Below, in pieces: positions 7,635 to 16,676 of a stretch of DNA of 32,000 nt. This stretch comes from Mycolicibacterium smegmatis (lineage in GTDB: Bacteria; Actinomycetota; Actinomycetes; Mycobacteriales; Mycobacteriaceae). Where the stretch lies: positions 6,900,001 to 6,932,000 of the forward strand of contig NZ_LN831039.1 in assembly GCF_001457595.1 (NCBI RefSeq). Direction: 5' to 3'. A program made the translations under genes and the position numbers. The notes below the pieces were generated by a model. That model ran no database searches and had not been told where the DNA came from. It saw only the letters and a list, made by a program, of their open reading frames with translations. Each line of letters begins with the position of its first letter. Position 1 is the stretch's first letter.

Positions 7635-9200
7635 ATTCGAAGGGCCGCCCCCTTGAACCCTCACACACCGCTAACCCGCCGACGGCTACTGACCGCGGCC
7701 GCCGCAGCTGTCCCGTTGCTCGGCATGCCTGCACTACTCGCAGGCTGCGACACCAGCGCCCCTGCCGCCGCAGGGCGGCGAATCCGGGTGTCACAGGCCT
7801 CCGACCCGACCACGCTCGACCCGCAGAAACAAGGGTCGATGACGACGATGAACGTGCTGATCAACATGTTCGACACGCTCACTGCCCGCGACATGAACAA
7901 CCAGCTGGTACCCCGACTTGCGACCCGCTGGACCGCAATCGACGACCACCACTGGCGATTCGTGCTGCGCCGTGGGGTGACCTTCCACAACGGCGAGCGG
8001 TTCGACGCCCAGACGGTCAAATACAGCATCGAACGGTTGCTCGACCCGAAGACGCAGTCGCCGATCGTGGAGTTGCGCTACGTGACCGGTGTCCGGGTGA
8101 TCGACCAATACACCGTCGACTTCGAGCTCAGTAGCCCCGACCCCGTGATCCCGGCCAAGCTCTCACTGTTTGGCGGCGTAATGGTGCCGCCGAAGTATCT
8201 GGCCGACGTCGGCGACGAGAAGTTCGCCGCCGCGCCCGTCGGCACCGGCCCGTTCCGGTTCGACAGCTGGAAGCGCGGCGTCGGCATCAAGATGCGGGCC
8301 TACGACAACCACTGGGCAAGCAGGCCGAGCTACGACGAGCTGGAGATACAGACCATCCAGAATCCCGCTTCGGCCTTGGCTGCGCTGCAGAGCGATGAGG
8401 TGGATCTGGTCACTGGCCTGGTCGCCGACGCCGCGCTACAACTCGAGGGCTACAAGGGCGTGAAGGTCCGTTCCTACCCCGGCCTACGGATGAGCTACCT
8501 CTCACTCGACACCACCGATCCGGTCTTCGCCGACGTCCGGGTGCGTCGGGCGCTCAATCACGCAATGGACGTTCCGCTGTTGGTCAAGGCCGCGCTCAAC
8601 GGGCACGGCCGTGAAGTGCCGACGATGATCCCGCGAGAGTCTTTCGGGTTCGATCCCGCAATCGCGCCGTACCGACGGGACCGCGAACTGGCTCGGCGAC
8701 TCCTGGCCGAGGCCGGGCACCCGCAGGGGCTGTCCACCACGCTCACCGCGTCCAGTACCGACGCGATGACCGCGCAGGCCATCGCGGGCCTGCTCACCAA
8801 GGCCGGCGTTGACACCAAGGTGTCGCTGCTCGACCCGTCGACGTACTCGCAACGGCTGACCAGCGACAACCGCAAGGCGCTCGGCCCGATGTATCTGGCC
8901 GCGAGCACCGGCTGGACGCTCGACGGCTCCAGCCCGATCCAATCGAACGTGCGCACCGGCCGCCGGCAGAGCCGCTGGTCGAACCCGCAGGCCGATCAGC
9001 TCATCGACGCCGAGGAGAACTCGATCCTCCCGGAAGACCGGCAAAAGGCGTTCAGCGCCCTACAGCACCTGTTCAACAAGGAGGCCCCCTTCGTGTTCCT
9101 CTATCAGGCCGACACCATCGTCATCTCCAACGACAAGGTCCGTTGGACGCCCAATGTGATCGGCGACCTGGATCTGCAGAACGCGTCGCGCGATGACTGA
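7617..9200 (+). CDS. ABC transporter substrate-binding lipoprotein, family 5 (Dpp/Opp/Nik type), Tat signal
   Basis: Track ORF 7554..9200; I prefer ATG 7617 because it does not overlap the IclR gene. Signal MKPPFHIRRAAPLNPHTPLTRRRLLTAAAAAVPLLGMPALLAGC contains a twin-Arg motif and the lipobox LAGC. The mature part is a typical family-5 SBP (ATRWTAIDDHHWRFVLRRGVTFHNGERFDAQTVKYSIERL). Confidence 0.9.
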   Translation: MKPPFHIRRAAPLNPHTPLTRRRLLTAAAAAVPLLGMPALLAGCDTSAPAAAGRRIRVSQASDPTTLDPQKQGSMTTMNVLINMFDTLTARDMNNQLVPRLATRWTAIDDHHWRFVLRRGVTFHNGERFDAQTVKYSIERLLDPKTQSPIVELRYVTGVRVIDQYTVDFELSSPDPVIPAKLSLFGGVMVPPKYLADVGDEKFAAAPVGTGPFRFDSWKRGVGIKMRAYDNHWASRPSYDELEIQTIQNPASALAALQSDEVDLVTGLVADAALQLEGYKGVKVRSYPGLRMSYLSLDTTDPVFADVRVRRALNHAMDVPLLVKAALNGHGREVPTMIPRESFGFDPAIAPYRRDRELARRLLAEAGHPQGLSTTLTASSTDAMTAQAIAGLLTKAGVDTKVSLLDPSTYSQRLTSDNRKALGPMYLAASTGWTLDGSSPIQSNVRTGRRQSRWSNPQADQLIDAEENSILPEDRQKAFSALQHLFNKEAPFVFLYQADTIVISNDKVRWTPNVIGDLDLQNASRDD

Positions 9201-10191
9201 CCTGTTGGCCGGCCCGGCCCCGATCCGCGCCGCCGCGCAGCGCCACCCCGGCGGCACCCGAGCCTTGAACATGGGCCGCGTAGTCCTCGGCAAGGTCGCC
9301 TCCGCCCTGATCGTGCTGTTCGTCGTCGCGACCGTCGCGTTCCTGCTGGTCCGGATGTCCGGTGATCCACTGGCGCTACTGCTCCCCCCAGACGCGACCC
9401 AGCAACAGGCCGAGCAGCTGGCCGCCGAACTAGGCCTGGACCAGCCGCTGCTCGTCCAGTACCTGCATTACCTCAGCGGCATGCTGCACGGCGACCTCGG
9501 TCAGTCGATCTTCTTCGACCAGCCCGTCGTGTCGCTGATTGGCGAACGGCTGCCGGCCACTGCGCTGCTCGCCGTCGCGGCGCTCGTCCTCTCGCTGGTG
9601 ATCTCCTTACCCGCCGGCATCCTGGCCAGCGCCCATCGCGGACGGATCACCGACACGGTGATCAGCGGCATCGTGTTGATCGGCCAGTCCACGCCGGCGT
9701 TCTGGATCGGCATCCTGTTCATCCTGCTGTTCGCTGTCCGGCTGCGCGTCCTGCCCGCGGCAGGCTACGGCGGGGCCGCGCATCTGGTGCTGCCTGCCAT
9801 CACGCTGGCCATCTACTCGATCGCCGTAGTGGCCCGAGTGTTGCGCACCTCGCTGGCCGAGGAGCTGTCGGCCGACTACATCCGCACTGCGACGGCCAAG
9901 GGGCTCAGCCGCAGGCAGGTCGTTGTCGGCCACGGGCTGCGCAACGCGTCTCTGCCAGTGGTCACCGTGGTCGGTCTGGAGCTCGGCTCGCTACTCGGCG
10001 GCGCGATCCTGACCGAGCAGGTTTTCTCCTGGCCGGGGATTGGCCGACTCACTGTCGAGGCGATCTCCAATCGCGATTTCGCCCTGGTTCAGGGCGCCGT
10101 GCTGTTCTTCGCGCTGGTGTTCGTCGTCGTCAACCTCCTGGTCGACCTGTCCTACACGTTGCTCGACCCGAGAGTGAGGCTCGGCCGATGA
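9193..10191 (+). CDS. ABC transporter permease (DppB/OppB type)
   Basis: 332 aa. Overlaps the SBP stop by 8 nt; alternative start ATG 9271 (MGRVVLGKV...). Multi-pass hydrophobic protein with a BPD-transport EAA-like region IRTATAKGLSRRQVVVGHGLRNA. Confidence 0.9.
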   Translation: MTDLLAGPAPIRAAAQRHPGGTRALNMGRVVLGKVASALIVLFVVATVAFLLVRMSGDPLALLLPPDATQQQAEQLAAELGLDQPLLVQYLHYLSGMLHGDLGQSIFFDQPVVSLIGERLPATALLAVAALVLSLVISLPAGILASAHRGRITDTVISGIVLIGQSTPAFWIGILFILLFAVRLRVLPAAGYGGAAHLVLPAITLAIYSIAVVARVLRTSLAEELSADYIRTATAKGLSRRQVVVGHGLRNASLPVVTVVGLELGSLLGGAILTEQVFSWPGIGRLTVEAISNRDFALVQGAVLFFALVFVVVNLLVDLSYTLLDPRVRLGR

Positions 10192-11015
10192 TGCATCGCG
10201 TCCTAAAGGCACGGATGGCGCCGCTTGCTCTGGTCGTGCTCGCCCTGGTGGTGCTGTGCGCGGTGCTCGCGCCTGTGCTGTCACCGTTTGATCCCAACGC
10301 GCAGGATCTTCTGACCCGGCTGAGTCCGCCGCAATGGACCGGCGGGCACCTGCTCGGCACCGACAACCTCGGCCGCGACGTGCTGAGCCGGCTGATCTAC
10401 GGAGCCCGGATCTCGCTGTTCGTCGGCCTGGCCGTCGCGCTGATCTCCGGCACCATCGGTGCCCTTGTCGGCATCGTCGCGGGATACCGCGGCGGCTGGG
10501 CCGACCGGGTGTTGATGCGGTTGGCCGATGTGCAGCTCGCGTTCCCCGCGATCCTGTTGGCACTGGCCGTGGTTGCGTTCCTCGGCAACGGCCTGTGGGT
10601 GGTGATCATCGTGCTCGGAGTCACCAACTGGGTGTCCTACGCCCGGGTGGCGCGCTCAAGCGTGCTTTCACTACGCGAACGCGACTATGTGCTGGAGGCC
10701 CGCGCGATCGGGGTCGGCCCGGCCACAATCATGCGCAGACATCTGCTGCCCAACGTGCTCGCGTCGCTGATCACCATCGCAGCTCTGAACGTCGCCTCGG
10801 CGATCGTTGTCGAGTCGGCGTTGAGCTTCCTCGGGTTGGGCGTCCCGGCCGACATCCCCACCTGGGGCTCGATGCTGGCCGACGGGCAGCTCTACCTCGG
10901 GACCTCGTGGTGGATCGCGGTGTTCCCCGGGTTGGCTCTGATGCTGACCGCGCTGTCCATCAACATCACAGGCGACGCGATCCGCGACGCCGTCGACCCG
11001 AGGACATACCGCTGA
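10188..11015 (+). CDS. ABC transporter permease (DppC/OppC type)
   Basis: 275 aa with an ATGA overlap on the previous gene. Contains GTDNLGRDVLSRLIYGARISL, typical of DppC-like permeases. Confidence 0.9.
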   Translation: MMHRVLKARMAPLALVVLALVVLCAVLAPVLSPFDPNAQDLLTRLSPPQWTGGHLLGTDNLGRDVLSRLIYGARISLFVGLAVALISGTIGALVGIVAGYRGGWADRVLMRLADVQLAFPAILLALAVVAFLGNGLWVVIIVLGVTNWVSYARVARSSVLSLRERDYVLEARAIGVGPATIMRRHLLPNVLASLITIAALNVASAIVVESALSFLGLGVPADIPTWGSMLADGQLYLGTSWWIAVFPGLALMLTALSINITGDAIRDAVDPRTYR

Positions 11016-11824
11016 TGGGCGCACCGATCCTGACCGTGGACGACCTTCGCGTCGACTTCGAATTGCCTGGCCGCACCGTGCACGCCGTGCGCGGCGTGTC
11101 GTTCGAGGTGCGGGCCGGCCGGACGCTGGCGATCGTCGGCGAATCCGGCAGCGGCAAGTCCGCCACCGCGAGCAGCGTGCTGCGATTGAACCCCGAACCG
11201 CCCGCCCGCTACCCTTCGGGGCTGATCTCCTATCAAGGCCGGGACGTGCTGCGGCTGTCCCAAAAGGAGCTGCGCAGCATCCGCGGCGACGAGATCGCGA
11301 TGGTCTTCCAGGACCCGATGTCCAGCCTTAACCCGGTGCGCCGCATTGGCGCCCAGATCGCCGAGGTGCTGTGCCGGCACCGCGGCGGCCGCGCGGCCCG
11401 CTACCACGCAGACGTGGTGGCCGCGTTGGAGGCGGCAGGAATCGACGACCCCCAGCGCCGCGCGGCGCAGTATCCGCACGAGCTCTCCGGGGGCCTGCGA
11501 CAGCGGGCCATGATTGCGATGGCCCTGGTCGCCGGCCCGCGGCTGCTGATCGCCGACGAGCCCACGACTGCGCTGGACGTCACCGTGCAGGCTCAGATCC
11601 TCGACGTGTTGGCCGGCCTGCAACAGGACAGGCAGATGGCGCTTTTGTTGATCACCCACGACCTCGGCGTGGTTGCCAACATGGCCGACGACGTCCTCGT
11701 GATGCGGGCCGGCGAGGTGGTTGAGCACGGCGACGTCTTGTCGATCCTGACCAGCCCCAAACACCCGTACACACGGCAGCTACTGGCGGCCACCCCCCGA
11801 CTTCGTGAGGAGAGTCCAGCATGA
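11015..11824 (+). CDS. ABC transporter ATP-binding protein (DppD/OppD type)
   Basis: Real start is ATG 11015 (TGATG junction) inside track ORF 10334..11824. Walker A GESGSGKS, signature LSGGLRQR, Walker B LLIADEPT. The upstream 227 codons of the track ORF are R/P-rich and overlap the permease gene. Confidence 0.9.
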   Translation: MGAPILTVDDLRVDFELPGRTVHAVRGVSFEVRAGRTLAIVGESGSGKSATASSVLRLNPEPPARYPSGLISYQGRDVLRLSQKELRSIRGDEIAMVFQDPMSSLNPVRRIGAQIAEVLCRHRGGRAARYHADVVAALEAAGIDDPQRRAAQYPHELSGGLRQRAMIAMALVAGPRLLIADEPTTALDVTVQAQILDVLAGLQQDRQMALLLITHDLGVVANMADDVLVMRAGEVVEHGDVLSILTSPKHPYTRQLLAATPRLREESPA

Positions 11825-12654
11825 GCGAATCACGAGTGCTGCTGCGCACCGTCGAACTGCGCAAGGAATTTCCGATCCGCGGTCGCGCGCCGATGGTCGC
11901 CGTCGACAACGTCTCGCTGCAGCTGCAGGCCGGTGAGACGTTGGGGGTGGTCGGCGAATCGGGCTCCGGCAAGACCACCCTGGCCCGGATGATGCTCGGC
12001 TTGCTGGAGCCGACGTCCGGTCGGGTCGAGGTGAACGGCCGCGACCTGGCCACACTGCCCTCCGCCGAGCTGCGCGCGCTACGCCGCGACCTGCAGGTGG
12101 TGCTGCAGGACCCGTTCTCGAGCATGAATCCGCGGATGCGCGTCGTCGACATCGTCGCCGAACCGTTGGTCACCCACGAGCCACGGCTGCGGGGTCGACC
12201 CGGACGCACCGATCGCGAGCAGCAGGTCGCTGAGCTGCTCACGGCCGTCGGGCTGGACGCCGACATCGCCTCCCGCTATCCGCACGAATTCTCCGGCGGT
12301 CAGCGCCAACGCATTTCTATCGCGCGGGCGCTGGCGCTGCGGCCGGAGGTGATCGTGCTCGACGAGCCGACCAGCGCGCTGGACGTCTCTGTGCAGGCTC
12401 AGGTGCTCGACCTGCTGTCGGCCCTACAGGCCGAGTTCCACCTCAGCTACGTGTTCGTCTCGCACAACTTGGCGGTGGTGCGCAAGCTCGCCGACCGGGT
12501 GGCGGTCATGCGGTACGGCAAGGTGGTCGAGTTCGGTCCGGTCGCAACAGTTTTCGACCATCCGTCCGACCCCTACACGCAGGCGCTGCTGGATGCGGTA
12601 CTCGAACCCGATCCGCGCCGCACGCGCCGGCGCCGCACGGTGGACGTGGCGTGA
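11821..12654 (+). CDS. ABC transporter ATP-binding protein (DppF/OppF type)
   Basis: 277 aa with an ATGA overlap. Walker A GESGSGKT, signature FSGGQRQR, Walker B VIVLDEPT. Confidence 0.9.
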   Translation: MSESRVLLRTVELRKEFPIRGRAPMVAVDNVSLQLQAGETLGVVGESGSGKTTLARMMLGLLEPTSGRVEVNGRDLATLPSAELRALRRDLQVVLQDPFSSMNPRMRVVDIVAEPLVTHEPRLRGRPGRTDREQQVAELLTAVGLDADIASRYPHEFSGGQRQRISIARALALRPEVIVLDEPTSALDVSVQAQVLDLLSALQAEFHLSYVFVSHNLAVVRKLADRVAVMRYGKVVEFGPVATVFDHPSDPYTQALLDAVLEPDPRRTRRRRTVDVA

Positions 12655-12662
12655 CGGCGTCC

Positions 12663-13625
12663 CTACTGGCCCGACAACCGGGACAGCACCAGACCCGCGC
12701 CGCCCAGCAGCGCGACGTCGTCGGCCGCGGTATCGGCGGCCACCACGCGAGGTCGTTCGGCGAAGTCGGCCCACTCGCTGACCGCCCGCAGCCGTTCCTC
12801 GATGCGGCCCAGGAACGTGCCGCCGCCGGCGGCCGCGTCACCGTGCACGATGTAGAGCCCCGGCGCGAGCAGGTGCTGCACCGACGACAGTCCGACCGCG
12901 AGGTTGTCGGCGTAATCGGTCATCAGCCGTCGGGCGCCGGTGTCCCCGCGGGCCGCGGCGATCAGGTCACCGACCCCGTCGATCGGGCCCAGGCCGCGCG
13001 TGGCCGCCTCCTGCCGCAGCCACGTCGATGTTGCGATTGTCTTCCAGCAGCCGAGATTGCCACACGAGCATCGACGGCCGCCGAGCGCGACGGTGATGTG
13101 CGCGCCGCTGCGCCCGCCGAGCGGCGCGATCACCTTGCCCTCGAACAAGATTCCCAAGCCGAGCGTGTCCCCGGTGGCGACCGATGCGAACGACGCCCGG
13201 CCGATACCGTGCCCGAACCAGCGGTCGCCCAGCACCTGCAGCCGCGCGCGGTGGTCGACGAACACCGGGCAACCCAGCAGCCGGGTAAGCGAGGCCGCAA
13301 TCGGGTAACCACTGAACCCCGGCTGGTCGTCGATGCGGCGGAGCACTCCGGTTGTGTGGTCGACCAGACCGGCACTGGCGACGCCGACCCCGCACAGCGG
13401 ACTGTCCTGAAGACAGCCAAACACGGTGTCCTGCACCGTCTCCCGCAGCACCGCTGCATCACCGGTTACAGGGAACTCCTTCTCGGCGCGCCGCACGATC
13501 TGACCGGCGGGGCTCACCAACGCCACCCGCACCGACCTGGCGAGCAGTTCGACACTGCCGATCAGTGCTTCGGGCCCGATCGCCTGCAGGTGCCGCCCGG
13601 CGCTGGCGCCCACGATGTCGGTCAT
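12663..13625 (-). CDS. ROK family protein without an HTH domain and with a degenerate N-terminal ATP motif (sensor-like)
   Basis: Real start is ATG 13625 (AGGA 7 nt upstream) inside track ORF 12663..13964. ROK zinc motif CSCGNLGC is present. The expected DxGGT position reads SVELLARSVRVALVSPAGQIV. The 113 upstream codons are R/P-rich and overlap the conserved N-terminus of the creatininase gene on the other strand. Confidence 0.8.
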   Translation of the reverse strand: MTDIVGASAGRHLQAIGPEALIGSVELLARSVRVALVSPAGQIVRRAEKEFPVTGDAAVLRETVQDTVFGCLQDSPLCGVGVASAGLVDHTTGVLRRIDDQPGFSGYPIAASLTRLLGCPVFVDHRARLQVLGDRWFGHGIGRASFASVATGDTLGLGILFEGKVIAPLGGRSGAHITVALGGRRCSCGNLGCWKTIATSTWLRQEAATRGLGPIDGVGDLIAAARGDTGARRLMTDYADNLAVGLSSVQHLLAPGLYIVHGDAAAGGGTFLGRIEERLRAVSEWADFAERPRVVAADTAADDVALLGGAGLVLSRLSGQ

Positions 13626-13657
13626 CGCTTCATCCTGCCTGAAGAGAGGTCCCCCGA

Positions 13658-14482
13658 ATGACCGTGCGGCAACTTGCATCTCTGACCCGCGGGGCCGTTC
13701 GCACGCTGGCCACCGACGGAGCCGTGGCCGTACTGCCGATCGGTGCGGTGGAGCAACACGGCGACCACCTGCCACTGGGCACCGACTTCCTGCTGGTAGA
13801 GGCGGTCTGCGACCGCGCCTTGCAGCAACTGGAGGACGACCGCACGACCTGGGTGCGAGTCCCCACGATGACGTTCGGACACAGCCCACACCACCTGTTC
13901 GCGGCCGCCGTGAGCCTGCAGGCCGGCACCCTGACCGACGTGCTGGCCGACGTGCTCGACTCATTGGCGCAGACCGGGTTCCGGCGGATCGTCATCGTCA
14001 ACGGGCACGGCGGCAACGACGAGCTTGTCCGACTGGCGGTGAAGGCACACTCCCTGCACGCCGAGGGGACCGCGGCGGCCTGCTCCTACTGGACACTGAC
14101 CGCCCAGACCACCGCCGAGGCCGCAGCCACCGAGCGGCCCGACCGCACCCCCGGGCACGCGGGCTGGTTCGAGACGTCGTTGATGCTCGCAGTTCACCCC
14201 GAACTCGTCGCCGACGACCGACCGTTCACACCGTCCGACCCACCACCGCTGTTCAACCGCAGCCCGGCCCCCGGCCTCACCGTCGAGCGGCACGGCGAGT
14301 GGCCGCGCGTCGGCGGCACCACCGATGACGCGCGCGAGGCGAGTGCGGAGACCGGCCGGCTGCTGCTCGGCCGCCGCGTCGCCGGCCTCGTCGCCGCACT
14401 GCAGAGCCTCGACCGGGCCACCGCCACACCCCCAGCTGCTTCCGTCCCGTCCACCGACCGCGAAAGAGGTCCCCAGGCATGA
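13658..14482 (+). CDS. Creatininase-family (creatinine amidohydrolase fold) metal-dependent amidase
   Basis: 274 aa with GAGAGG upstream. Family motifs LPIGAVEQHGDHLPLGTD, IVNGHGGN and PGHAGWFETS. Confidence 0.85.
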   Translation: MTVRQLASLTRGAVRTLATDGAVAVLPIGAVEQHGDHLPLGTDFLLVEAVCDRALQQLEDDRTTWVRVPTMTFGHSPHHLFAAAVSLQAGTLTDVLADVLDSLAQTGFRRIVIVNGHGGNDELVRLAVKAHSLHAEGTAAACSYWTLTAQTTAEAAATERPDRTPGHAGWFETSLMLAVHPELVADDRPFTPSDPPPLFNRSPAPGLTVERHGEWPRVGGTTDDAREASAETGRLLLGRRVAGLVAALQSLDRATATPPAASVPSTDRERGPQA

Positions 14483-15606
14483 TCATCACCGGCGTCGACG
14501 TCCACGTCGTCAACCTGCCGCTGACCAGCCCGTTCCGCAGCTCCTTCGAGACCAAGACCGGCGAGACCCGCACCGTCGTCCGCGTCACCACCGACGACGG
14601 TCACGTCGGCTGGGGCGAGACCATGTGGGGTTCTCCGGTGGCCCGGCTCACCGAGCAGCTCTCCTCCTCTCTGATCGGCAAGAGCCCGTTCGCGCTCGAG
14701 GAGTTCCACGCCACCCACACGATGGTGCCGTTCTTCTACGGTTACATCGGCTACGCCGCGCTCGCCGGTCTCGACGTCGCCTGCTGGGACCTGATGGGCA
14801 AGATCACCGGCCGCCCGCTGACCGACCTGATCGGTGGCCGCGTCCGCGACACCGTGCCGATCACCGCGCTGATCACCCGCGCCGACGCACCGGACGCTCC
14901 GCCCGCCGACCTGCCTGTGGCGTTGGCCGAGCACGCCGCGAAGGTCGTCGCCATCGGCGGCTTCACGGCGGTCAAACTCAAGGGCACCAAGGACGTCGAC
15001 GGCGACGTGAAGATCATGCGGGCACTGCGGGCAGTGCTGCCGGACGTGGAACTGCGTGTCGACCCCAACGCCGCGTGGAGCGTGCCCGAGTCGATCCGGG
15101 CCGGGCTGCGTATGGAGGAGCTCGACCTGGAGTACCTCGAGGACCCGTGCTGGGGGATTGACGGGATGGCCCGAGTGCGAGAGAAGATCCGGATCCCGTT
15201 GTGCACCAACATGTGTGTGGTCACGTTCGAGGACTTCGCACCGGCGATGCGACTCCGTGCGGTCGACGTCATCCACGGCGACGTCTACAAGTGGGGCGGC
15301 ATCAAGGCCACCAAGGACCTGGCCGCGCACTGCTCGACGTTCGGGTTGGGCATGAACCTGCACAGTGGCGGCGAGCTGGGCATCGCAACCGCCGCACACC
15401 TGGCCGTGGTCGCCTCCACACCCGTGCTGAACCGGGCCATCGACAGCATGTACTACCTGCACGACGACGACATCATCGATCCGATTCCACTGCATAACGG
15501 GCGGCTCTCGGTGCCCGACGGCCCCGGCCTCGGCGTGGTCGTGGATGAGGACAAGCTCGCCCACTATGCCGCGCTCAACGCGCGCGAAGGCGACCTGGTC
15601 AAGTGA
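14479..15606 (+). CDS. Enolase-superfamily enzyme, glucarate-dehydratase (GlucD)-like subgroup
   Basis: 375 aa with an ATGA overlap. Ordered motifs VKLKGT (KxK), VDPNAAW, LEYLEDPC, PLCTNM, IHGDVYKW and NLHSGGELGI parallel the GlucD pattern as I recall it (KxK / DPNGAW / AEDPC / ATNM / D / H). Confidence 0.85.
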   Translation: MIITGVDVHVVNLPLTSPFRSSFETKTGETRTVVRVTTDDGHVGWGETMWGSPVARLTEQLSSSLIGKSPFALEEFHATHTMVPFFYGYIGYAALAGLDVACWDLMGKITGRPLTDLIGGRVRDTVPITALITRADAPDAPPADLPVALAEHAAKVVAIGGFTAVKLKGTKDVDGDVKIMRALRAVLPDVELRVDPNAAWSVPESIRAGLRMEELDLEYLEDPCWGIDGMARVREKIRIPLCTNMCVVTFEDFAPAMRLRAVDVIHGDVYKWGGIKATKDLAAHCSTFGLGMNLHSGGELGIATAAHLAVVASTPVLNRAIDSMYYLHDDDIIDPIPLHNGRLSVPDGPGLGVVVDEDKLAHYAALNAREGDLVK

Positions 15607-16652
15607 CGTCGACGATCGAGGAGTTGCTCACCGCAGCTCGTCGACGCCGCGTCTTCTCTGCCGCCGGCTGGTCGGTCGGCACCGCCACGACAACCCTGTG
15701 CCGGGGCCTCCTCGGCACGACAGCCTGGGATCCACCGGCTACCGCGGTGACCGAGGACAGCCGGTGGGACCTCGCTTCAATGACCAAACCGATCGTCGCG
15801 ATCGCGGTGATGTCACTCATCGAGGACGGCGTGCTGACACTCGACGACACCATCGCCGAGCACCTGCCGGACTACGCGGACACCGACAAGGCCCGTATCA
15901 GGGTCGCGAACCTGCTCACCCACACCTCCGGCATCCCAGGCCGGCAGCCGCTCTACCAGTGGAACCGAACCCGCGACGAGCTGCTCACCGCGATCCGCCG
16001 GCTACCGCTGCTGGGTCCGCCGGGAGCGCAGGTCTCCTACAGCTCACCGGGCTTCATCCTGCTCGGACTGATTGCGGAATCCGCCGCCGGGATGCCGCTC
16101 GACCAGCTGGTGGCCGAACGGGTCACCCGGCCCGCGGGCATGGTGGACGCCGGATTCGCCTCGCCACCAACCGAACTCGCCGTCGCAACCGAAGACGATC
16201 CGTGGCGCGGCCACCTGGTCCGCGGTGAGGTGCACGACGAGAACGCGGTGGTGCTCGGTGCGCCGGCCGGCCACGCCGGCATGTTCGCGACATTGGTGGA
16301 CATGGAAGCACTCGGGCGGACACTGTGCGCGCAAGGATGGGGCGCCCACGGCCGAGTGCTGACGCCGGCCGGGTACGCCGCGATGATCACGCCACGCACC
16401 GACCACCTGCCGCTGCGGCGCACGCTGGGCTGGCAAGGTGTCGATGCCGTCGACGCGATAGCGGGCGACCTGATAGGCCCGGACGGCTACGGCCACACAG
16501 GATTCACCGGGACGTCGCTCTGGATCGACCCGGACCGCGGCAGCTACGTCGTGCTGCTCACCAACCGCATCCACCCCAACCGAGAGAACACGGCGATCAG
16601 CCGGGTCCGCCGGGCGGTGAACAACATTGGCTTCGCACTGGCGAGCCTCTGA
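15603..16652 (+). CDS. Beta-lactamase-fold serine hydrolase (class C / DD-peptidase / amidase-esterase family)
   Basis: 349 aa, GTG start overlapping the previous stop (GTGA). SxxK = SMTK (Ser codon at 15777), YSS in place of YxN, and HTG box GHTGFTGTS. Confidence 0.85.
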   Translation: MTSTIEELLTAARRRRVFSAAGWSVGTATTTLCRGLLGTTAWDPPATAVTEDSRWDLASMTKPIVAIAVMSLIEDGVLTLDDTIAEHLPDYADTDKARIRVANLLTHTSGIPGRQPLYQWNRTRDELLTAIRRLPLLGPPGAQVSYSSPGFILLGLIAESAAGMPLDQLVAERVTRPAGMVDAGFASPPTELAVATEDDPWRGHLVRGEVHDENAVVLGAPAGHAGMFATLVDMEALGRTLCAQGWGAHGRVLTPAGYAAMITPRTDHLPLRRTLGWQGVDAVDAIAGDLIGPDGYGHTGFTGTSLWIDPDRGSYVVLLTNRIHPNRENTAISRVRRAVNNIGFALASL

Positions 16653-16676
16653 CGTCGGCCACCTGACCGCGCCCGG

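Noticed and set aside
10334-11014. N-terminal 227 codons of track ORF 10334..11824
   Set aside because: R/P-rich and fully overlapping the DppC-like permease in another frame. The ATPase similarity begins only at ATG 11015 (TGATG coupling).
12651-13661. 336-aa + strand ORF
   Set aside because: Antisense shadow of the ROK gene, which keeps its CxCGxxGC zinc motif in the minus frame.
13626-13964. N-terminal 113 codons of track ORF 12663..13964, a possible HTH extension of the ROK protein
   Set aside because: R/P-rich junk with no wHTH pattern. It overlaps the conserved metal-binding N-terminus of the creatininase gene on the opposite strand.
13658-14482. Creatininase-family gene as MftE of a mycofactocin/RiPP system
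   Set aside because: No radical-SAM (MftC), precursor peptide (MftA), chaperone (MftB) or glycosyltransferase gene lies nearby. The neighbours are transport and sugar-acid type genes.
14194-15564. 456-aa minus-strand ORF
   Set aside because: Antisense shadow of the enolase-superfamily gene, whose own frame carries ordered catalytic motifs.
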